Part shown: positions 27,270-33,740 of the stretch, piece after piece
How the letters are laid out: each line of letters opens with the position of its first letter
Position numbering within the stretch: the first letter of the stretch is position 1
Assembly: GCA_017540285.1 (NCBI GenBank)
Contig: JAFYBI010000032.1
Span: 1-33,740, forward strand
Origin: Clostridia bacterium
GTDB lineage: Bacteria; Bacillota; Clostridia; Oscillospirales; CAG-272
DNA length: 33,740 bases
Reading direction: 5' to 3'
Made by a program: the position numbers and the translations under genes
Notes under the pieces: model-generated
What the model was told of the DNA's origin: nothing
Seen by the model: only the letters and a program-made list of their open reading frames with translations
Databases searched by the model: none

Positions 27270-27436
27270 CGGGAGATCTCCTTCGGGTTCCGATCGGATT
27301 TTTGTGAGTTTTCCGCACATTCCGAATTATTATAGCACACGGCGGGCGATCCGTCAAGAGAGGATATGGACGGCGGGAAAACGCGGATGGCAGGGGGAGG
27401 CGCGCATGAAAACTGACGCATTTCCCGCATTCGCTC

Positions 27437-27465
27437 TTGACAGGATTTCCCGAATGAGATATAAT
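27437..27465 (+). promoter_or_regulatory. Perfect consensus sigma-A promoter of the MtmB-like/permease unit
   Basis: TTGACA (27437..27442), exactly 17 nt, TATAAT (27460..27465). About 48 nt upstream of the GTG start. Confidence 0.65.
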
Positions 27466-27513
27466 GGTGTCGAAAACAACGGATATATCCCATCTGCCAC
27501 AGGAGGACGGAAC

Positions 27514-28872
27514 GTGCATTTTCTGGAAATTGTCAACCGGGGCTATACCGGCGAAGCGGTGTCCAAGGATGACTGGGACATGGACCACGTGGTCATGCCG
27601 ATCATGGATATCGTCGAAGAATTCGAACTCGAGAGAGAGGACGGCGCGCTCCTGCTTCATGACCGCGAAGAGGCGAAGCGCTTCTTTGACGCGGGCGTCG
27701 AGCTGCTCGTCCGGTCCGGCGTCTACAACCAGTCCACCGGCCGCGTCATGATGTTCACGCGCGAGGAGATCCTCGAAGCCGCCGCGAACATGCCGAAGTC
27801 CGTGACCGTCGGACAGGGGAAGGACGCCTACACGTTCGTCCCCCGCCACCCCGACGACACCCGGCTTCCCGGCGTCGTGGCGGGCAATCCTGGCTGTCCC
27901 ATGTCGGAGGAGCTCTTCTGCAAGACCGTGACCTCGTGGGCGAAGGAACCCGTCGTCGATATGGTCACCTGCGGCTCCATCGTCGAGGTGGACGGCTTCG
28001 ACGTCGTCCGCGCGTCTCCCTCCGAGGTGATCGCCCTGCGGCGCGAGCTCCGTTATCTGAACGAGATCTGCGAAAAGGTCGGGCGTCCCGGCATCGGCAG
28101 GCTCGCGGCGGAAAGCTCCGTCTCCGAGATCGGCGATCTCGCGGCGATGGCTCCCGGCGGATTCCATCCGGGCGACGCGCACCTCATCGCGCTCAACAAC
28201 GAGCTCATCATGACGAACGACAACCTCATCCGCGTCGCCAACGCCATGGAGACGCCCGTCCTCAACGCCTCCCTCGCGTGCGTCATGGTCGGCGGTCTGG
28301 CCGGAGGTGCGGCGGGCGCGGCGGTCTGCATGATCGCTTCCCTGCTCGCGGACTCCCTCGTCGGCCGGGCGGACTACCATCTCTGTCATCCGATCCACAT
28401 CAAACACATCGCCACCTCGACGCCCGAATGCATGTGGCTCTCGAGCGTGGTCTGTCAGGCGTTCGACGCGGGGCTGCCCGCCGTGATCATCTGCGACATC
28501 TACCCGAAGAGCGGCGCGGGCACGAAGGAGCTTCTCGAAGAGGTCGCCGCGAACGCGCTCGCCATCACCGTCTCCGGCGGCAACCTCGAAGGCGTCGGCT
28601 CCTGCGACGGGCTCAAGCCCAACTGCTCCGGCCTGGAAGCGCGCCTCATGGGCGAGGTCGGAAAGGCCGCCGCGGCGCAGGGCATGACCCGGGAAGAAGC
28701 CGAGCCCATCATCGCCGCGCTCGTCGCAAAGTACGGGCACATCTTCGAGACCGGCAACGAGGGCCTCTCCTTCGACGAGGTCTACGGCGAGGACGGCGAA
28801 CCGCGCGACTTCTGGCTGGCCATGTACCGGGAGGTCCGCGAAGAGCTGATCTCGCTCGGCGTAAAGCTGTGA
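27514..28872 (+). CDS. Monomethylamine methyltransferase (MtmB) family protein, non-pyrrolysine form
   Basis: Start at GTG 27514 (AGGAGGA 6 nt upstream, downstream of the promoter). 452 aa. GEAVSKDDWDM, FFDAGVELLVRSGVYN, VGQGKDAY, GRPGIG, LNNEL and GLEARLMGEVGKA parallel Methanosarcina MtmB blocks as I recall them (GEKCTQDDWDL, LFKAGFEMLLECGIYC, GRPGMGV-Pyl-GPETS, GMEARMMGEVARA). The ORF has no internal TAG. Confidence 0.7.
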   Translation: MHFLEIVNRGYTGEAVSKDDWDMDHVVMPIMDIVEEFELEREDGALLLHDREEAKRFFDAGVELLVRSGVYNQSTGRVMMFTREEILEAAANMPKSVTVGQGKDAYTFVPRHPDDTRLPGVVAGNPGCPMSEELFCKTVTSWAKEPVVDMVTCGSIVEVDGFDVVRASPSEVIALRRELRYLNEICEKVGRPGIGRLAAESSVSEIGDLAAMAPGGFHPGDAHLIALNNELIMTNDNLIRVANAMETPVLNASLACVMVGGLAGGAAGAAVCMIASLLADSLVGRADYHLCHPIHIKHIATSTPECMWLSSVVCQAFDAGLPAVIICDIYPKSGAGTKELLEEVAANALAITVSGGNLEGVGSCDGLKPNCSGLEARLMGEVGKAAAAQGMTREEAEPIIAALVAKYGHIFETGNEGLSFDEVYGEDGEPRDFWLAMYREVREELISLGVKL

Positions 28873-28923
28873 TCCCGCGCGGAGAGTCCGCGCAGAAATA
28901 TATCATTCAGGGGGAAAACAACC

Positions 28924-30510
28924 TTGGAAGCAAAAAAGAAAAGCCTGATCCCCTTCTTCACGAAGGGTGACGTCGGCGGGTTGACGTATATGATCACCAA
29001 CAATATCGTCAACTACATCATCATCATCGCAACCCTCGAGGGCTTCGGATGGCCGTCCGAGATCATCTTCGGACGCGTGATCCCCGGCCTGTCCATCGGT
29101 CTGATGTGCGGCGGCCTCTACTATGCCTGGATGGCCCGGAAGCTGTCCGCCAAGCTCGAGCGTCCCGACGTGACCGCGCTGCCCTCCGGCATCTCGACGC
29201 CCGCGATGTTCGTCATCCTGTTCGGCGTCATCAGCCCGATCCACTACGCGATCGGCGATCCCGAAACCGAATGGGGCGCGGCGATGGCTGCCTGCTTCAT
29301 CGGCGGCTTCGTCGAATTCCTCGGCGGCTTTATCGGCCCGTGGGTCAAGAAGCATCTGCCCCGCGCGGCGCTTCTCGGCACCGTGGCCGGCATCGGCTTC
29401 ATCTGGATGGCGACGCAGGGCGTGTTCGACGTCTTCGGCGATCCCGTCGTCGGCCTCCCGATCCTCGCGGTCGCCATGCTCGGCCTCTTCGCCGGTTATC
29501 TCTTCCCGAAAAAGATCTCTCCCTTCATGGTGGCGATCGTCGGCGGCATCGTGTATGCGATCTGCCTCGGCCGCACCACCTTTGACTTCACGCAGGTGGG
29601 CTTCTATTTCCCGAACCCCGTGAACACCATCCAGTCCCTCGTCAACGGCTTCGCGTACGTCGCTCCCTACCTGACCGTGGTCATCCCGGTGGAGATCTAC
29701 AACTTCATCGAGACCATGGACAACGTGGAGTCCGCGAACGCGGCGGGCGATCCCTACAACGTCCGGGAAGCTCAGTTCGCCGACGGCTGCTGCACGATGA
29801 TCTCCTCCCTCTTCGGCGGCGTGGTCCCGAACACCGTCTGGCTCGGCCATCCCGGCCTGAAGAAGACGAACGCCGGCGCGGCTTACAGCTGGATCAGCGG
29901 CGTGGTCCTCGGCCTGGCGGGCATCTTCGGCCTCTTCACGGTGCTTGACGACCTCGTTCCTCCGGCAGTCGTCGCCATCACCTTCCTGTGGTGCGCGGTC
30001 ATCATGGTGGCGCAGGCCTTCAAGGAATGCAAGCCGAAGCACTACGCGGCCATCGCCATCGCCATGGTTCCCTCCATCGCCGACTATCTCTTCACGCAGG
30101 TGGAAGCGGCTCTCGCGACCGGTTCCATGGCGGAAGGCGGCTGGGGCATCTGGTCCGAGGCGCTCGATTCCGGCATCAAGGGCTTCCAGCCTGAGATCTC
30201 CGAAATGCTCATCGCCAACGGCGCGATGTGGAACGGCGTTCCCGCGGTCAAGGCCGGCGCGATCATCATCGGCATCCTGCTCGGCTCCATGTGCGTCTTC
30301 ATGATCGAGCGCAAGCTGAGAAGCGCGTCCCTCATCGCCCTGGCCGGCGCGGTGCTCTCCTTCTTCGGATTCATCCACCACGCGGCCCTCGGCATCTACC
30401 TGACCTCTCCCTTCATGATCGGCTGGCTCATCGTCGCGGTGATCCTCTTCATCCTGAGCTTCGGAGAAGGCAAGTGGTTCAAGGCCCAGGACGACTTCGA
30501 ATACGTATAA
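28924..30510 (+). CDS. Polytopic permease, probably NCS2/AzgA-like (xanthine/uracil permease superfamily)
   Basis: 528 aa, about 12-14 hydrophobic segments. TTG start at 28924 (GGGGGA 8 nt upstream), kept because the conserved-looking N-terminus FFTKGDVGGLTYMITNNIV would be lost with the next ATG. PVEIYNFIETMDNVESANAAGD resembles the AzgA-type mid-protein motif. Family assignment is tentative. Confidence 0.55.
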   Translation: MEAKKKSLIPFFTKGDVGGLTYMITNNIVNYIIIIATLEGFGWPSEIIFGRVIPGLSIGLMCGGLYYAWMARKLSAKLERPDVTALPSGISTPAMFVILFGVISPIHYAIGDPETEWGAAMAACFIGGFVEFLGGFIGPWVKKHLPRAALLGTVAGIGFIWMATQGVFDVFGDPVVGLPILAVAMLGLFAGYLFPKKISPFMVAIVGGIVYAICLGRTTFDFTQVGFYFPNPVNTIQSLVNGFAYVAPYLTVVIPVEIYNFIETMDNVESANAAGDPYNVREAQFADGCCTMISSLFGGVVPNTVWLGHPGLKKTNAGAAYSWISGVVLGLAGIFGLFTVLDDLVPPAVVAITFLWCAVIMVAQAFKECKPKHYAAIAIAMVPSIADYLFTQVEAALATGSMAEGGWGIWSEALDSGIKGFQPEISEMLIANGAMWNGVPAVKAGAIIIGILLGSMCVFMIERKLRSASLIALAGAVLSFFGFIHHAALGIYLTSPFMIGWLIVAVILFILSFGEGKWFKAQDDFEYV

Positions 30511-30536
30511 TCCCTCCTCCCCGCATCAACGATATG

Positions 30537-30588
30537 CTCCCTCCGGCCGCGGCGGTATCCTGCCGTCCCTCCCCGGAGGGAGTTTTTT
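30537..30588 (+). terminator. Rho-independent terminator after the permease gene
   Basis: CTCCCTCCGG (30537..30546) pairs with CCGGAGGGAG (30573..30582), followed by TTTTTT (30583..30588). Confidence 0.65.
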
Positions 30589-30601
30589 CGTCCCCGGACG
30601 C

Positions 30602-30630
30602 TTGCAAGCGCCGCGCCGTTGTGCTATAAT
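30602..30630 (+). promoter_or_regulatory. Sigma-A type promoter (with TG-extended -10) of the tandem GNAT genes
   Basis: TTGCAA (30602..30607), 17 nt, TATAAT (30625..30630), preceded by TGc. Confidence 0.55.
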
Positions 30631-30663
30631 GGAGAAAAATCAATGAAATCCGGAGATTCTGTC

Positions 30664-31176
30664 ATGGAAAAGGACTCTGCCCGCATCACGCTGCGCCCGA
30701 TCACGGACGCCGACCGTACCGACTGCTTGGCGCTCTTGCGCGACAACACGATCAACCGCACCTATCTGCTCCCCGATTTCGAGAATGACGAGGCCGCGAT
30801 GCCCCTCTTTTGCCGCCTGCGCGATCTCTCCGCCGATCCCGCGCACTTTGTCCGCGCCGTGTCTCTCGACGGCCGCATGATCGGCTTTGTCAACGACGTC
30901 ATGATCAAAGGGGTGACGGCGGAGGTGGGTTACGTCATCCGGCCCGATCTGCACAACCACGGCTACGGTACCGAGGCCCTGCGCCTCACGCTCGACGCCC
31001 TGTTCGCGCGCGGCTTCGAGACCGTCCGCGCCGGATTCTTCGAGGAGAACGCCGCCAGCCGCCGCGTCATGGAGAAAAACGGCATGACGCCGACGGGCGA
31101 GGAGGAGACGATCGACTGGCGCGGCGCGGCGCATCGCTGCCTCTACTATGCGATCCGGCGGGAGGATGCGCGATGA
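30664..31176 (+). CDS. GNAT-family N-acetyltransferase (RimJ/RimL-like)
   Basis: ITLRPITDADRTD start typical of RimJ-like GNATs. HNHGYGTEALRLTLDALF, AASRRVMEKNGM. ATG 30664 preferred (GGAG 8 nt upstream). ATG 30643 is possible. The TTG 30619 of the ORF track lies inside the promoter. Confidence 0.75.
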   Translation: MEKDSARITLRPITDADRTDCLALLRDNTINRTYLLPDFENDEAAMPLFCRLRDLSADPAHFVRAVSLDGRMIGFVNDVMIKGVTAEVGYVIRPDLHNHGYGTEALRLTLDALFARGFETVRAGFFEENAASRRVMEKNGMTPTGEEETIDWRGAAHRCLYYAIRREDAR

Positions 31177-31622
31177 ATCCGATCCGCCCCGCGCGCGCGG
31201 AAGATGCCGTCCGTGCCGCCGAGATCCTCGTCTTCTGCTACCGGTTGAATTTCTATCCGATCTTCCGCGACGACGATTTTTACTTCCGGGAGCTCACCGT
31301 GCCGAACGTCGCGCAGAGGCTCGCGGTCGCCGGCTTCCCGGAAAACACCCTCGTGTACGACGACGGCGCGGTCAAGGGCTTCGTCACCCTCGACGGCGAG
31401 GAGATCCGCAAGCTGTTCGTCGAGCCCTGCCTCTGGAACGGGAGGATCGGGTCCCTGCTGCTCGAAGCCGCGGTCTCACAGGGCGGGCGGCGGCTCTGGG
31501 CGCTCGAAAAGAACGCAGGCGCGATCCGGTTCTATGAGCGGCACGGCTTCGTCCTCACCGGCCGCAGAAAGCCAGAGGAGGACACGGACGAAATGCTCGC
31601 CGAAATGGCGCGCGGGGAATGA
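31173..31622 (+). CDS. GNAT-family N-acetyltransferase
   Basis: Internal ATG 31173 (ATGA overlap with the preceding stop, GGGAGGA RBS). IRPARAEDA, LFVEPCLWNGRIGSLLLEAA, GAIRFYERHGF. Confidence 0.75.
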   Translation: MNPIRPARAEDAVRAAEILVFCYRLNFYPIFRDDDFYFRELTVPNVAQRLAVAGFPENTLVYDDGAVKGFVTLDGEEIRKLFVEPCLWNGRIGSLLLEAAVSQGGRRLWALEKNAGAIRFYERHGFVLTGRRKPEEDTDEMLAEMARGE

Positions 31623-31638
31623 TATACCCGCAACACGC

Positions 31639-31672
31639 AAAAATCCGCCTCCCGGAAGAGACGGATTTTTTG
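31639..31672. terminator. Bidirectional rho-independent terminator between convergent GNAT and serpin genes
   Basis: AAAAATCCGcCTC..loop..GAGaCGGATTTTTT. A stem flanked by an A-run and a T-run. Confidence 0.7.
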
Positions 31673-31690
31673 TTGTGCGGAGATGCCGTT

Positions 31691-33040
31691 TCATTCCGCC
31701 GGCATGTTGACGATCCCGACGAAGACCGGGAGACCGCCCTCGGTCACGGCGAAGAGGAACGGGCGGTCGAAGGTGAGCGTGATCGGTTCGGGCTCCCAAT
31801 CTCCCGCGCCGTCCATTTCGAGGAACACATACGACGCCGCCGTGCATCCCTCCTCGTCGATCGCCACCCGCGCGGCATGCTCCGCCCTGGTGAGGTAAAC
31901 CGTCGTCGCCTCCGTCAGCGGAGAGAAATCCGCCGCCGCTTCGTCAAGCACATCGGTCACGCCGAGGGTCTGCAAGCCGTCCATGAGGTCGGTATCCGAG
32001 GAGACGTCGAACTTCGGCAGGGCCAGCTCGATCCTGGCTTCGATCTGTCCGTCAAAGCTCATCCAGTCCGCGATGAGCGCGAGGAATTCCGGATCCCCGG
32101 CAAGCTCTTCCGGCGTCACGCCCTCGTCCGGGAGGAGGAAGAACATCTGCGCATTCATCGTGAAGGAACGGGCAAACGCCGTGAACCGTTCGCCGCGGAA
32201 CGCGACCGAGGTGAAGGTGTCATGCATGAAATCGGCTGTCACGTCCCCGTCCTGTGCGTGAAAGACGCCCGGCGCGGTGTTTTCTTTTTGGAATTCATCC
32301 GTCCAGCGGCCACGGAAATACACGGTCGAGGCGAGGGTCATCACCCCGCGCGGATCGAAAGCATGACCTGCGATGTGCTCCGCGAGGAGGTTCTCCGTCT
32401 GCCGGTTGATCCAGTCGGCAAAGGCCCGGTCGTATTTTTCGTCCCCCATGCGCCCGCTGTAAGTCGAGGCGAAGTAATCGGCCGCGAGGCGTTCGGGGAC
32501 GTCCCGCTTCAGATCGGCCGCGTCGTTCATCCAGAGGGAGTTCGCGAGCAGGCATTTCCCTCTGTCCGAATCCCGGAAGGCCTTCTTCCAGACCATTGTG
32601 ACCGCCGTCCGCTGCGCTTCGAGGTTCCCCTCTCCGAGGAGGCTGAGGATCTGTTCCCTGCTCTCCCCGTCGGTGCACTCGGCGAGCATCCCGAGCGCGA
32701 CGTAGAGGTTGACGGGCGAATACACGCGGTTCTTCCCCGCTTCGCCGCCGAGGAATACGGGAATGCTCTTTTCGAGGAATCCGAAAAGCCCCGCGGGCGT
32801 CTCCGTCACTCTTTCGACAGACGCCGGATAGACCGCTTCGGCGACGGCATAGGCGGGCGTCGCGCTCTTCGCGAAGGCCCAGACGACCGCCGTCACCCCG
32901 ATGAGGACCGCCGCCGCGGACGCTGCGTACCGTTTCCAGCTTGCTTTTCGTTTCCGTGCGGGCTCTTCCCCCGCGCCGATGGCAAGATCCTCGCCGATCT
33001 CGCCGATGGCCCGATACAGTTTTTCGCTCTTTTCGCTCAT
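31691..33040 (-). CDS. Single-pass membrane protein with extracytoplasmic full-length serpin domain, putative anti-sigma factor
   Basis: 449 aa. Short charged N-terminus, then TM helix YAASAAAVLIGVTAVVWAFA. Serpin blocks follow: SPVNLYVALGMLAECTDGESREQILSLL, LANSLWMN, WINRQTENLL, LASTVYFRGRWTDEF, MFFLLPDEG, LALPKFDV, HAARVAIDEEGCTAAS (hinge), FDRPFLFAV. The start ATG overlaps the sigma stop (ATGA). AAGGAGGGG RBS. Confidence 0.85.
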   Translation of the reverse strand: MSEKSEKLYRAIGEIGEDLAIGAGEEPARKRKASWKRYAASAAAVLIGVTAVVWAFAKSATPAYAVAEAVYPASVERVTETPAGLFGFLEKSIPVFLGGEAGKNRVYSPVNLYVALGMLAECTDGESREQILSLLGEGNLEAQRTAVTMVWKKAFRDSDRGKCLLANSLWMNDAADLKRDVPERLAADYFASTYSGRMGDEKYDRAFADWINRQTENLLAEHIAGHAFDPRGVMTLASTVYFRGRWTDEFQKENTAPGVFHAQDGDVTADFMHDTFTSVAFRGERFTAFARSFTMNAQMFFLLPDEGVTPEELAGDPEFLALIADWMSFDGQIEARIELALPKFDVSSDTDLMDGLQTLGVTDVLDEAAADFSPLTEATTVYLTRAEHAARVAIDEEGCTAASYVFLEMDGAGDWEPEPITLTFDRPFLFAVTEGGLPVFVGIVNMPAE

Positions 33041-33597
33041 AATCCGATCCCCTCCTTTTCGAGTGCCGCCTTCAGCTTCTTTCTGAGGCGGAACATCCGC
33101 TGCGCCAGCCGTGCCGCATCCTCGCCGGATGCCTCGGCCAGCCGGTTCAGCGCGTCGCCGTACCAGTACCGCCGCAGAAACAGTCTCCGGTCCTCTTCGT
33201 CAAGCGACCGCAGCCACCGGTCCACGGCGAGGCCGATCTCTTTCGCCTCCGCCGCATTCTCCGGTCCCGCCGACGGGTCCGGGACGCATTCGTCCAGCTC
33301 GCTGAGCAGCACGTCGAGACGCCCGTCCCGCTTCTGCGCGCGGTTTCGGCGAAAGCGGTCGACGGCGATGTTGCGCACAACCCGTCCGAGCCATGCGCGG
33401 AGATTCTCCGGCTTTTGTTCGGGCATCGACGTCCAAGCCTCGTAGTACGTGTCGTTCACGCACTCCTCCGCGTCCTCCCGGGTGTCCGAGAGATTCCGCG
33501 CGAGCGAGAGGCAGAACGCGCCGTACTTGCGCTCGGTCTCGGGGATCGCGTCCTCGCTCCGCTGCCAGTACAATCCGACGATCTGATTGTCGTCCAT
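33037..33597 (-). CDS. ECF-type (sigma-70 family, regions 2 and 4) RNA polymerase sigma factor
   Basis: Start at ATG 33597 (AAGGAG 6 nt upstream). DAEECVNDTYYEAW (region 2.1-2.2), WLGRVVRNIAVDRFRR (2.3-2.4), LSLDEEDRRLFLRRYWYGDALNRLAEASGEDAARLAQRMFRLRKKL (region 4 HTH). Confidence 0.85.
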   Translation of the reverse strand: MDDNQIVGLYWQRSEDAIPETERKYGAFCLSLARNLSDTREDAEECVNDTYYEAWTSMPEQKPENLRAWLGRVVRNIAVDRFRRNRAQKRDGRLDVLLSELDECVPDPSAGPENAAEAKEIGLAVDRWLRSLDEEDRRLFLRRYWYGDALNRLAEASGEDAARLAQRMFRLRKKLKAALEKEGIGL

Positions 33598-33740
33598 ATC
33601 CAACTCCTTTCTCCGGATCGCTCCGGTGGTCTTCATGGAATACAGTCGGATTTTTGCGCACGATATTGGCGTCATGAGCGAAATTTCGGGTCAGGATTCT
33701 GTTTTTTCGAGGATCCGGATCCTCCGGCCCTCCTCGCGGA

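Noticed and set aside
27049-30381. Minus-strand ORFs 27049..28740 (563 aa) and 28903..30381 (492 aa), plus plus-strand alternate-frame ORFs such as 27936..28970
   Set aside because: They are antisense to, or out of frame with, the MtmB-like and permease genes. No motifs, and Arg/Gly/Asp-rich composition.
31619-33445. 608-aa plus-strand ORF across the right-hand region
   Set aside because: It is antisense to the serpin and ECF sigma genes, which carry clear family motifs, RBSs and an ATGA coupling. Its translation is Arg/Pro/Ser-rich with no recognisable motif.
33709-33724. Perfect 16-nt palindrome GAGGATCCGGATCCTC upstream of the sigma gene, considered as a terminator
   Set aside because: The T-run lies 5' of the stem on the plus strand, and an A-run follows it on the minus strand, so neither orientation gives a stem-plus-U-tract terminator. 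It could be an operator, but a single palindrome at the window edge is not enough to call one.

Overview
GC-rich (roughly 60-65% by eye) chromosomal segment that looks like a spore-forming Firmicute or Clostridia-type bacterium. Housekeeping synteny supports this: lon-engB, lysA, scpA-scpB, a YtfI/YtfJ-like sporulation pair, a DD-carboxypeptidase and rluB. I support 33 protein-coding features plus several promoters and terminators. I saw no rRNA, tRNA, CRISPR array or mobile element.

The ORF track is crowded with long antisense or alternate-frame ORFs typical of high-GC DNA, for example the 1338-aa ORF opposite lon. I chose the coding strand by recognisable protein motifs, RBS/start context and translational coupling (ATGA/GTGA overlaps).

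Four accessory regions stand out:
1. Left edge: the start of a type I CRISPR-Cas locus. A WYL-domain regulator is followed by cas3, which is divided into HD-nuclease and helicase ORFs by an in-frame TGA immediately followed by ATG. The rest of the locus lies outside the window.
2. A UgtP/MGDG-synthase-like GT28 glycosyltransferase interrupted by an in-frame TAG.
3. A strongly promoted two-gene unit: a monomethylamine-methyltransferase (MtmB) family protein with no in-frame TAG (so no pyrrolysine), plus a permease. No corrinoid partner is nearby.
4. Right edge: an ECF-type sigma factor translationally coupled to a single-pass membrane protein whose whole extracytoplasmic part is a full-length serpin. 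This is my best candidate for an undescribed signalling system.

All family calls come from motif recognition by eye. No database search was possible.
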